Positions 1-10,100 of a stretch of 64,000 nucleotides of DNA are shown piece by piece. Position 1 is the stretch's first letter. Every line of letters starts with the position of its first letter. Both the position numbers and the translations under genes were made by a program. The stretch is taken from NCBI GenBank assembly GCA_965213675.1, contig OZ243916.1, forward strand, positions 1,760,001 to 1,824,000, written 5' to 3'. The DNA comes from an uncultured Candidatus Binatia bacterium (GTDB lineage Bacteria > Desulfobacterota > Binatia > UBA9968 > JAJDTQ01). The notes below the pieces were generated by a model. The model saw only the letters and a program-made list of their open reading frames with translations. It was not told the DNA's origin and did no database searches.

Positions 1-225
1 TTCCGACTCCAATTCAAACGTGTCCACTCCGTAGTCCGCCAGCTTCGTCAGGAACAGCGGCTTGGGCAGATCCGCCAACTCCGCCGCCCCCCCGGTCGAC
101 AGGCGCCCCATCTCGCACAGCTTCACGGCGATCAAGAGCTTGGCTTCCTCACGGAACTCCTCTGCGGTCATACCCAGCGCCAGCAGCACATCGTCGCGAT
201 AGTCGATAGTCAATGAACTCGCCAT
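1..225 (-). CDS. UPF0175-family small HTH protein / predicted antitoxin (runs off the window edge)
   Basis: Manual translation from ATG at 225: MASSLTIDYRDDVLLALGMTAEEFREEAKLLIAVKLCEMGRLSTGGAAELADLPKPLFLTKLADYGVDTF...; the AVKLxExGRLSxGxAAELA...FLxxLxxYGV pattern is typical of UPF0175. Not in the ORF track because it is truncated. Confidence 0.8.
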   Translation of the reverse strand, partial: MASSLTIDYRDDVLLALGMTAEEFREEAKLLIAVKLCEMGRLSTGGAAELADLPKPLFLTKLADYGVDTFELESE

Positions 226-267
226 AGGGGATTCTCCAGCATTTCTCACCGCGTCCGAACACCTCCG

Positions 268-3200
268 CTATGGCGAGAGCGCCACCTGCGAAGGCCTGCT
301 CTTCCCTTCCGTGAAATAAAACGCCTTGAACCGATCCAACAGTTTGATCTTGTCGATCAAGGCCCGCTCCTGTTGCGAGTTCGACACATTTCTCACCAGG
401 AACTTCGCGTCTGAATCCGTACATCGTAGAATCAGATAGTTGGCTATGGCCGAAAACACCGAGGTATCGAAATCTCGTGCCTCCTGTGAAGCCACCACAA
501 ATGAGATGCCGTACTTGCGGCACTCTTTTGCCATGGTGGGGATCAGCTTCAGGCGAGCAGCGCGATGCGCTTCATCAAAGACCAGCGCATGGGTTATCTG
601 TTCCTGGATTCCTCGACGGAACATGTCCTTGTACAAGCCATAGAACACCAGACACGCAAAGGCTCGTTGCAGATTGTCGTTTTGCGTCGTGTGAATGCGG
701 ATTACGACAGGAAGTTCACTGTCCCACAGACGACTGCCCATCTCGCCGTCATCGCCAAAGAAATCATAGTCGTCCAGTTCGCTCAAACGTGCCAGGAGGC
801 TGCGCAACTCTCGGTCTGGTTTTTTCGTGTTCCGCAGAATATCCACGAAACGCCGAAACGGGGGCTCTGAAGAACCGGAGTCCGACCCCCATCCTGCTTC
901 TTCAAAGCTCTCCTTGATGGCCCGCCGGATGTGATCGCCCTGAATGTCCCCAAGTTGAGGGTAAATCGCGCCGAAAATATCCCGCATGGCTCCGGCAACA
1001 TCCAGATGTGGCCTGGCGACGTCTCGGTCAATGACCCGCAATGGGTTGAACCCCAAGCCGTCAAAATCGATGAAGCGGACGGTTCCGACCGCTTCTTCCA
1101 ACCGCTGGTCAATATCTTGATGATAGGAGAACACGACTGGACGAATCTGCGCCGCGACCAATTGCCTGCACAAATTCACAAGGCAGGTGGTCTTGCCCAT
1201 GCCCGGCAACCCGGCGATCAACAAGTGCGGATTACCCTTCACACTGAGCGGCCAATGGACGTTGGTGTTTGTGAAGACATCTGTCCCCAGATTGACTGAA
1301 GCTTCACGTGCCTGGAAGCTTCGGCTGCCCTCTTCCGCCGTATTCACGTTCACAACGTCGTCGACTGGCGCCGACAGCGGAACGGCATCGGGCGTCTCGG
1401 GCTCATCCCCACCTCTGGAGCCCGCGTCGTTGGCTCGCCAGTTCGTTGACGTGGCGTGTATTTCCTCCGAGTCGGAAACACCGTCGGGCAGAAAGCTTGG
1501 ACCGAACAGAAACACACGAGTTCCCCAACGATCGGGGGATATCTCCAACGGAGCACGCTCGCCGTACTCGGGGCAGAACACCCACCCCCGGTCTCCGCTC
1601 GTCAGGGTAGAAATCGCATAATCTCCACCTTTTTCGATCATTTTGTCGATCTCGGAGACCAACTCCCTGTACCGTTCAGCGCGAAGATGATGCCTTTGCG
1701 CCTTGTCCGCGTAGAAACGCAAGACCCGAGCGAGCTTCGCACGTCTAATGGATCGAAAAGCGGAACATACGTTGTCGTGGCCATACCAGCCAACCCATCT
1801 CTCCCGAAGCGCTTGGACTTGTTGATTGATCCGCTGCAACAACTCCGTAGACCGAGCACTACGCAGATGACGACGGAATTTCACTTCAACGAACTGGAAG
1901 ACGAGCCCTTTGCGAGGGGCCGTCGTGACGAAAATGAGATCGGGGCGGGATGCTTTATCGTCGTCAGATTGATCCGCCGTTAACGGTGGGAGAAGGTCTC
2001 GCACATCATCGACCGGTACAATAAAACCATCCTTGAGCGGGAACCAACAGTCATTGTCTCGTGGAGGACTCATGCAATTGGCGTGAGCTACCGCGAGGGC
2101 GATCAGCTCCAACGTGGCCGAACGGTGACCTGTAAGGCGAATCGCGAGGCGACCACTGAGCGCCTTCAAGTGTTCAAGGAGAAACTCCGCATTGCGGCGA
2201 CTGTGGCTCAAGCCCATCTGATCCAGTGCCCGGTCAAGCAGATTGCGGACCTCGTCGAGATTGGTCGTGGACGTGATCAATTGGAGACAACCGAGATCCT
2301 CCCGCTCGGGCACACAATCGATGACGTAGGCGTCGTAAATTTCAGGATTGTCCCGGGGTGAATCGAAGTACTCCACGCCGGCGTTTCGGTCGAGGGTAAC
2401 GACCCAATCGCAGACATCATGAAGGTTACGAAGGCTTTCCGCCTTTTCGGCGGATATTTCGGTCGTCAAGACAGGAATGCCCCCGCTACCACCCAGGCGG
2501 CGGGCCACGGCGCCTTGTACGGCACGCTGAAGACTCAAGAGCGTCTCGGTATGCGTCCGGCGGGACGGATGCTTTTCCCCTACGGTGCCAGCGGGTAGGG
2601 TACTCAGCCACCGAGGCGAAGGGAGGCTGGTGTAGCGCCGCTGAAAAAAAGAAAGCAGCCCGAAGGCGTGGTATGGCTCGTGTGCCGGTACTTCCTGTGT
2701 CGCCCCAATACAGACCCTCGACTCAAAGCTGTCGAACGCAACGGCTATGTGCGCGGCGGTTTGCGGATTCTGGTCAACCTTGCGCGACCAACGTAGTCGC
2801 GGCACCGTAACCCCGCCCGGCAGATTCAGAGACTCCAACATCCAGCGATCCTCGGGAGCTAGAACCCCCGACCCGCTGCGACGTTTTTCGCGTGCCTCCG
2901 CGATAAACCGACCCGCTACTCCGCGCTGTCCCTCCGAAGGGTAAAGGTCGAGTGAAAACACTGGAACCGCGACCGCCCGCGTCTCATCATCCGGTTCGTC
3001 TCCGATTCCTTCGGCCTCTTGGTAGTGTTTGTGAACTCCCCCCAAAGACCGGGCGACGGTCAACCCATCGCCGGCTCGGAGCGCGTGGACATGGAGAAAG
3101 CGGGCGAGATACGCGGAGCCCTCAACATCACCGTCCGCGGTGTGGCAGTCCAGATATCTGACGATCTCGTCTCGCAAGACATTCGCACTCTGTCTCCCGG

Positions 3201-5286
3201 TTGTAGGGGCCGTGTCACCAGCTTCTCCGTCGCCGAGTGCCCGCTCCAGGATCGTTATCGCTGCCTTGGGTTCCATGTCTGAATCCGGCACCATTCCCAC
3301 TGCGTAAAACCCCAGCGTGTCGGCGAAAACAAACGTGCCGCCCGAAGGATTGGGAAGAAAGGCCGGAAACATGGCGCCGTCCAACCCCGAGAATTCTCCA
3401 AGAATCTCCTTAGGGCGCTGGTTTTGTCTGAAGCGAGCATTGAAAACAAGATTGTCATACGCGACATGCCATGCAATTCTCAGTGGATGCGCGGGCAGCA
3501 CGATGAGACCAAGAGTTCGCCCCGATAACGATTGAACCTCGACAGTGTGAACGAGACTCAACAGCGGGTCACCCTCCTTCAACAAGCCATCCCAAGCCCG
3601 CAGATATTCCCGTACGACTCCGAAATTTTCCGCGGCTTCATCATATATCTGCGCAACTCCACCTCCCCCATCAAAACGCTCCGCCATTTTGCGACTGGCC
3701 GAAGCTGCCTGCACACAGGCTTCGTCTTCCTGGTGAGGTAACTCGTGAAAGACAGGAGCCTCGGCTCGGCTGCCCGTCGCCCGCACCTTCACGGTCCACC
3801 TTCCGATTGCGCCTTGCGCATCATTCCACTGTTTTTCCGCCTCGGCGATCAAGGATGGCCGATAAACCCGGAAGCTCTTGATCCTTCCGTTGTCCTTCCG
3901 CATTCGCCGAAGCACGAATCCCTTGGAATCGACGGCGGTAACCGGGGACACAGCGACCGCGGTCACCGATTCTCTGTCTTCAGACTCAACGATACCCTCG
4001 CTGAATGTCCGGACTTTGACACCAGCGCCGCCCGAATCCTGAATTTCAGGATTGCCGAACCGGATTTGGATTTCCTCGGTTTCCTCTGCGACTTCCTGTA
4101 CACCGACAACCTCCACGACCGCCTTGGCGGACAAAACGACGTCGTCATCAAGAGTTGAGAAGTCGTCGTTGCTGAACCGACACTTCTCCCCGCCCTTTCG
4201 CGCAAGGTGAGCGATCTCTTTGACGACAACGTCTTCATCCAAAGCCGTACGGATGGAGACACGGAACTGGGCCGCGTGCTTGGCCAGATTGATCGGGTCC
4301 GTCTTCCATCGCACCTCCAGCATCGGGTCGGGTCCGGCAGCACTCGGATCCGAACTCAAGAACAAAACGGGCGGTTCGTCATCCTCCGTACGCTCGGTCA
4401 AGCCGGACCACTTGGCGACGGCACCATTGCGGTTCCGCCAAGAAGCCAACTCGACGCCTTGTATCGAATCCGCCGAACCCTGGGTTCGAAGTTCGCCAAC
4501 CCAGAGATGCCGCCGATTCGCCAATTCTTTCAGTCCCGTCAGCAACGGCTTGGTATCCACCTCATTGAGGAAACCCTCCAGTTCACCGACCTTGGGCTCT
4601 GCTTCTTTGTCAAGCCGCAAAGCATCGATGCGCGCAGCCGGTGCCAAATTCGCGACGGCCGCACTGAGCAGATGTCTTACAAACATGCGAGACGTCTTCA
4701 AATCCTCCGGATTGCCGTCATCCGCATCCAAGACCGGCCACAACCCGATCAAATGCAGATAGGCGCCCGGTGTCTGTGTCTGATTGCCAGATGCAACATG
4801 ACAGAGAAACTTGAACTCCGCCCAAGGTGGTACGCCGTGAGCCCCTCCATACCCTCGTGCCGTCTTGATCGCTTGTTCCGCGTAGCGACGTCTCGCCGCT
4901 GAATGACGGCTGGTAATTTCACCGGCCGCCAACCGAAGCGCCTGCCCAAACAATGTAGACTCGTCCACCTCCCGGCCAGCACTGTAGATACCGTCCATGC
5001 CAGCACCTGCACGCTCGCTATCAACCAGCAGCAGTATCGCTGCCGTCTTTGCTTCGCGTCGTTCCACAGCCTGGTCCGCAGTGATCGTCCGGATGTCTGA
5101 ACGGGCCTCATCCGCAACGCGCAGAACCTGCCAACCGCGTGGCGTAAACGAGGCATCGGCGGCCAACGCTTCGATGACGTTGGGACCCAGACACCGCACG
5201 AAGGCCACGGCACCGTTCTCTGGTTCACCAAGGACACTCCGAAACGCTTCCGAAAGCACCGCCCCGTGAACAGGAGTCCAACTCAT
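268..5286 (-). CDS. mad8: MAD8/DndH(DptH)-like large defence protein: C-terminal HerA/FtsK-type ATPase, internal PD-(D/E)xK-like motif
   Basis: 1672 aa; Walker A NPHLLIAGLPGMGKTT, Walker B LVFDEAHR, HerA motif ECRKYGISFVVASQ; RPDLIFV...FVEVK nuclease-like motif; ATGA overlap with the upstream gene; third gene of a kinase / 600-aa / ATPase triad. Symbol assigned from architecture, not from a search. Confidence 0.7.
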   Translation of the reverse strand: MSWTPVHGAVLSEAFRSVLGEPENGAVAFVRCLGPNVIEALAADASFTPRGWQVLRVADEARSDIRTITADQAVERREAKTAAILLLVDSERAGAGMDGIYSAGREVDESTLFGQALRLAAGEITSRHSAARRRYAEQAIKTARGYGGAHGVPPWAEFKFLCHVASGNQTQTPGAYLHLIGLWPVLDADDGNPEDLKTSRMFVRHLLSAAVANLAPAARIDALRLDKEAEPKVGELEGFLNEVDTKPLLTGLKELANRRHLWVGELRTQGSADSIQGVELASWRNRNGAVAKWSGLTERTEDDEPPVLFLSSDPSAAGPDPMLEVRWKTDPINLAKHAAQFRVSIRTALDEDVVVKEIAHLARKGGEKCRFSNDDFSTLDDDVVLSAKAVVEVVGVQEVAEETEEIQIRFGNPEIQDSGGAGVKVRTFSEGIVESEDRESVTAVAVSPVTAVDSKGFVLRRMRKDNGRIKSFRVYRPSLIAEAEKQWNDAQGAIGRWTVKVRATGSRAEAPVFHELPHQEDEACVQAASASRKMAERFDGGGGVAQIYDEAAENFGVVREYLRAWDGLLKEGDPLLSLVHTVEVQSLSGRTLGLIVLPAHPLRIAWHVAYDNLVFNARFRQNQRPKEILGEFSGLDGAMFPAFLPNPSGGTFVFADTLGFYAVGMVPDSDMEPKAAITILERALGDGEAGDTAPTTGRQSANVLRDEIVRYLDCHTADGDVEGSAYLARFLHVHALRAGDGLTVARSLGGVHKHYQEAEGIGDEPDDETRAVAVPVFSLDLYPSEGQRGVAGRFIAEAREKRRSGSGVLAPEDRWMLESLNLPGGVTVPRLRWSRKVDQNPQTAAHIAVAFDSFESRVCIGATQEVPAHEPYHAFGLLSFFQRRYTSLPSPRWLSTLPAGTVGEKHPSRRTHTETLLSLQRAVQGAVARRLGGSGGIPVLTTEISAEKAESLRNLHDVCDWVVTLDRNAGVEYFDSPRDNPEIYDAYVIDCVPEREDLGCLQLITSTTNLDEVRNLLDRALDQMGLSHSRRNAEFLLEHLKALSGRLAIRLTGHRSATLELIALAVAHANCMSPPRDNDCWFPLKDGFIVPVDDVRDLLPPLTADQSDDDKASRPDLIFVTTAPRKGLVFQFVEVKFRRHLRSARSTELLQRINQQVQALRERWVGWYGHDNVCSAFRSIRRAKLARVLRFYADKAQRHHLRAERYRELVSEIDKMIEKGGDYAISTLTSGDRGWVFCPEYGERAPLEISPDRWGTRVFLFGPSFLPDGVSDSEEIHATSTNWRANDAGSRGGDEPETPDAVPLSAPVDDVVNVNTAEEGSRSFQAREASVNLGTDVFTNTNVHWPLSVKGNPHLLIAGLPGMGKTTCLVNLCRQLVAAQIRPVVFSYHQDIDQRLEEAVGTVRFIDFDGLGFNPLRVIDRDVARPHLDVAGAMRDIFGAIYPQLGDIQGDHIRRAIKESFEEAGWGSDSGSSEPPFRRFVDILRNTKKPDRELRSLLARLSELDDYDFFGDDGEMGSRLWDSELPVVIRIHTTQNDNLQRAFACLVFYGLYKDMFRRGIQEQITHALVFDEAHRAARLKLIPTMAKECRKYGISFVVASQEARDFDTSVFSAIANYLILRCTDSDAKFLVRNVSNSQQERALIDKIKLLDRFKAFYFTEGKSRPSQVALSP

Positions 5287-7094
5287 GTTTCTTCGAGCCT
5301 TCCCGGTTGGAAGCGCGGCTGAAGGCGCTTCATTGCTTCGGCGTCGTTGACGCCAACCAAAAGACCGAGGTCACGCAAACGGCGTTCCAGAACCGCTCGG
5401 TTCGCGTGAAGAAGTTCGTTGGAGACATCCATGCCCCGCGGGGCCACATCGACGTGAAAGCCGTGGCGAATTCGGATCGAATCCAAAAAATCCTTCAACG
5501 AAATGGGACGTATGCCCGCCCTGCTGCTTGGTGGAAGGAGGTGGAGGTGAACCAGGTAATCAAGAACCGCATCGGTAAAAACCAATGAACGGACTTCCCG
5601 TGGACGTCGCCCGGACCGCAGTGCGTCGGCACCACCGGTCGTCTTCCGTTTCCGAGCCAGTCCGTTGGGGCGATCAATGTTGATTGTCGAATCTAGCATG
5701 GAAAACGTGTTGCTTCGTGAACTCCTGCCCAGGAGCGGCGTCAACGCGGTGGCCAGACGCAGAATTGGATTCGGTAGGTTCGCCTCGTTGCCGAGCGTAG
5801 CCGCAGCCTCAGGATAGTCTTCCTTCAATGCCTCGGCGAGCTTCTCCCCAAGCTCGTCCAGTTGACGATGCACGAAGGACGCCTCGCCGTGCCGGTCGTA
5901 AAGCACGTCGCCCAGAAGATTGATCCATTCAGTTGCATAGGGGCGTTGAGGAGGCATCTGCTTCTTGATCCTGCGATTGTCACTGGCTGCGTAGTCCAAC
6001 AACCTCAGCATCATGAGTTTTTCCGGCACGCGCTCGACACGGCGCGTCAGGTCGTCCATGGACCGCTCGGCCAGCGAACGCAACCGCCGGTCGACACCGA
6101 TGGAGCAGTCAACAAGAACATCCGCGGGACGTTCTTCGTCACCCTCGGCCACCCGGCCTGTCTCAGCCCATTGCAACAGGATTTCGACGACACTTGTGAA
6201 AACGGCCGTCATTCCCGTCGCGATACAGGCTTCGACAAGTTCGACAAATGCCTGTCGCGGAACCACCCGCGCATAGGCCCGAACGAACCGTCGAATGTCC
6301 TCGGAAAAGTGACGCGATGCCTCCCTGGCAACGGGATGCTGGTTCGAGATACGGTCACCGTCCTTGCCTCTGGCCTTGTCCGGTGCATGGCCGAGTTGTT
6401 GAGCTAACCGTATCATCAGCAATTGGTCGAGGCCGATTCCCTGATTCGATTCGTCAAAATGATCGCCATTGCGGTTGGCCCTGATTGCGTCGCGCTCGAT
6501 ACCTTGGCTAAATGCTTTCAAGAGCAGGTTCTTCTCGTAGTGTGTCGCCACAGGGAACCACGACTTGTCGGTCTTCTGCGGTGGCTCGACATACTCGCCG
6601 TCTTGATTCGCAAGCATCGCCACAATCATCTCGGGCACGAAGCGAAGATGCGCGGCGGACTCCGGGAGATCTATCCAACTCGACATGTAATGCGCCGGCG
6701 CAACCCGCTGGATCTGCTTGTCTCTTCCGAGGTCGTTTCTAGAATTTTCCAAACAGTAACAGAGCAGAAGATCCCCAAGAATGGCCTTCTCGGTCCGGTC
6801 ATTGAAACCGCGAAATTTCGAATCAGAGGCGAGCCTGTCTGCCACTCTCTCCACCGTCGCCGCTCGTCTCCTCTCCGCAGGCGTTCCGGCCGTCGGAGCA
6901 AACGTCGCCAAAAACTGGCCGCGACCACGCCGATCTCCGAACCGAAACATATAAAGGACCGCCGGAAGGATCGCCGAGAGTTGAAAGTCGTTGACAGAAA
7001 TGGGTAGCGCCTTGTCGTACTGAGCAGACCAGATCGCGTCCGCCATCTGCTTGGGAAGTACATTCCGAACGATGTCCCGAGCGCTACCCGGCAT
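5283..7094 (-). CDS. mad7: MAD7/DndG(DptG)-like defence protein
   Basis: Start refined to ATG 7094 (MPGSARD...) behind AAGGAG; C-terminal LERRLRDLGLLVGVNDA resembles the DndG/MAD7 C-terminus; lies between the kinase and ATPase genes and is coupled to both. Confidence 0.65.
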   Translation of the reverse strand: MPGSARDIVRNVLPKQMADAIWSAQYDKALPISVNDFQLSAILPAVLYMFRFGDRRGRGQFLATFAPTAGTPAERRRAATVERVADRLASDSKFRGFNDRTEKAILGDLLLCYCLENSRNDLGRDKQIQRVAPAHYMSSWIDLPESAAHLRFVPEMIVAMLANQDGEYVEPPQKTDKSWFPVATHYEKNLLLKAFSQGIERDAIRANRNGDHFDESNQGIGLDQLLMIRLAQQLGHAPDKARGKDGDRISNQHPVAREASRHFSEDIRRFVRAYARVVPRQAFVELVEACIATGMTAVFTSVVEILLQWAETGRVAEGDEERPADVLVDCSIGVDRRLRSLAERSMDDLTRRVERVPEKLMMLRLLDYAASDNRRIKKQMPPQRPYATEWINLLGDVLYDRHGEASFVHRQLDELGEKLAEALKEDYPEAAATLGNEANLPNPILRLATALTPLLGRSSRSNTFSMLDSTINIDRPNGLARKRKTTGGADALRSGRRPREVRSLVFTDAVLDYLVHLHLLPPSSRAGIRPISLKDFLDSIRIRHGFHVDVAPRGMDVSNELLHANRAVLERRLRDLGLLVGVNDAEAMKRLQPRFQPGRLEET

Positions 7095-7104
7095 GACCAA
7101 CTCC

Positions 7105-10100
7105 TTACGAATCCGTCGGTTCGAGCACCAACCGCTGGGAAGACGTGGTGCCCGCGTCTCCGTCAACGTCGACGAAGATTTCAAAGACCGTGTCCTTCAT
7201 CGGATTCCATGCAAACATCCGGCGATCATCCTCCTGAAGCAAGCGCTGCACGAAGATCGACAAATGCGCAAATACATCGTCCGTGGCCACGTCACCCAAC
7301 TGATAACCCTCGGCAAGTTCCAGGAGCAGATGAAAGAGTTCGGCGCCGAGTCGCAGCCGCTCTTCATTACCGTTCCCGTACACGTAGATGAGAGAAACTT
7401 GCCTGTGAAGTTGTTCGACGCCCTCACCGACGTCCGGCAGGTCCACTTCCAGGCGGAAACGATCCAGCGGTTTCTCTACCCAGAAAACTGTCTCGGTCGG
7501 CGTTCGCGGCGTGATCTGGAGTGGCACGCCAGTTTCTCGCTCCAACGCCTCCCGTGGCAGGGTCTCCAGGCGAGAGATGCCGTCGCAGAGTCTCTCCGTC
7601 AGTTGCCGCCTTTGATCTCCATTGTCGCTTGTGGCCAAATCAAGAAACTCACGCAGATGACGCCCACGAGCCACGCCCAGGGTGTGTGGATCGCCTGTGA
7701 GCCGCTGGATGTCCGTCTCCGACCATTCGAAATAGGCGCGCCGCCTTGCCGCAGCCAAGGGCAACCCGCTGTAGTGCGGTGGTCTTTCTTCATCTTCCGG
7801 ATCCAGCGTTTGCAACAATCGCCGGTCCAGTCGCGGATGCGCTTCGAGGCCAGGGTCAAAACGCGCCAGGTCTCGAAGCACTTCACCTTGCCTACCAGTG
7901 GATACCGGAGAAAATGCTCGCTCCGCATAGGACTGGGGAGGTGGTTTCTCGTCTGCGTCTTCGCCGTTGGAACCCGCGTGATAATCGTGGCAGTAATGAA
8001 GCCCGAACAGGACGTAGACCAACGCAGCCCGCAATTCACGAACGGTGATATGGGTCTCACCACGGAGATGAACCGCCTGTAAGGCGCAAAACAGACTTGC
8101 CCGGGCACGTCTGCGGAGATGTCCTTCTGCCAGTTCACCCGGCCCAAAAATCCGGGTTGCCCGGAATACCTCGCAACGATCTTGCGACGAGCATGTGTGA
8201 CATGGGGCCCAATGCGTCGCGGCAAGTTCGCCACCATAAAGACTATCCAGTAGCCGATCCAAAAAACTATCGTCGACACTCCTGCCATCTGTGGCGCGGC
8301 TGCCGACCAAAGAGCGCAGGTTTAGATTCACGAAGCGGATATGGGGACTTTCCAGGACAGAGTCGCCTCCAAGGAAGGCACGAAGGTCTTTCGTCAACGG
8401 CGTATCGCCGCCCCGCTCTTCGACACTCTCAATCCATTCCAGTAGACGACCATCATTGATCGCCAGCAGGTGGGCCACATCCTCGCTCGGTCGCCCGTGT
8501 TGAAACGGCTCCAGGAACTCGTCCAGAATCTCGTCGGCAGACCGGTCCCTCCAGGAAGCCGAGCCATCCAGGTTCAGGCGTACAGTCAGGGTATTGCTCA
8601 ATGTACCTGTCAAGATGCGACTTGCGGAGGTCTGAGTACCCAGCCCGAATTCTCGGGCGAGATATTGGAGGAGCGCAGTCTTCCCGTCGCCGGCGTTGCC
8701 GCAAAGAATAACGAGGCTGACCTGCCGATCCTGTACCGCCCGATACAGCGCCTGTTCAAGTCTGGTTTCAACGTAGGTGCCAACCGCAAATTCGGAATCG
8801 AGACCCCTGGTCTCGGAATTTCCCCAACGTGAGCCCGGATACGACTGTAACAGCGACTTGAGCCAAGGCACCTCGTTCTCTTGTCGTTGTGTCGGCAAGG
8901 CGACACTCGGAGTTCCTCGATCCGTCCTTGCCGTCGCATCGACGCCATCGCCGTCTTCTTGTGCAACACTGCTTCCGCTGCTCTCTCCCCGGTCTGCTTG
9001 CTCACTCAGGGCCGCCAAGGCGTCTGCTGTGTTTCCGAATCTCCTCGCTGGGTCCGGGTCCGTGGCGCGATCCAGAAAGGCCGCCAACATCGGAAATTCT
9101 TCACGCTCTGACCCTTGCCACTTGAGACCACGCTCCTTCGCCAGCCCTCCGTCATATTGAAACGGCTCCCTATCCAGCAGCACGTGAAAGAAACTGGCTG
9201 CCAGAGCATAGAGATCGTCGGATGGGGTGCTGACGCGTCCTTGACTGCCATATGGCGCGCAATACAGCATGGTGCCAGGCATTTCCGCCTGTGCGCCGAT
9301 CTTCGTTACGCAGTCGTAATCCGTCAACACCAGCTCATGTCCCGAAACAATCAGATTGCGGGGGCTGACGTCGCCATGGACCAAGCCATTGCCGTGCAGC
9401 GTGCCCAACGCTTCACACGCCACACGGAGCCACTGAATGGCCAATCCTTCTCCTGAAACGTCGCCCAAGTCGTCAGCGAGGATCGGCAGCACCCCCGTGT
9501 ACTCGCTCAACGGCATACCCTCTACCCATGTCAACAAGGCCACAAAGCCGTTATCTTGCCACTCGGGAGCCACTTCAAAGATCGTCGAAAGAGCGGTATG
9601 GCGAAGATGCGAGCGCGCCAACTCATGGGCTCTCGCCACACGGCGCCCGGTCACTTCATCGCGAACCACTTTGGCGACGTACGTGCCCAGTTCATCCTTT
9701 GTCTCGCGGTGGATTCCGGTCACCTTGTACGTTGTTCCCACACCTCCGGAACCCAACCGTGATACGATACGGTACTGCTGACCACGGAAAGGGATTACTT
9801 GATCTTCAGTCCAGTACCGTGATGCTGGAGGCGGCGTGTCGCATTCGCCATGGCCTGACACTTTCGATAGCGCGGCTTCCAGGTCCGATAGACTACTTCG
9901 CGCCTCGGAAGCCTCCGCCAATCCCTTGTCCAGCACGGCCGCAACGCTGATGCCGATGTCATCCGGTTCGTCGTGGAACAGGGTGCTCAGTGTCGCACAG
10001 AGCGAAAATACGTCTGATCGTTGATTGGCAACTCCCTTTCCGTGGGAGCGTACCTCGGGCGCGGTCGTAGATTCGCGGTCTTCGGCAGCCAACTCGGATG

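Noticed and set aside
268-1300. Conjugative VirB4/VirD4 ATPase
   Set aside because: No T4SS genes or TM anchor; the context and long N-terminus fit DndH/MAD8.
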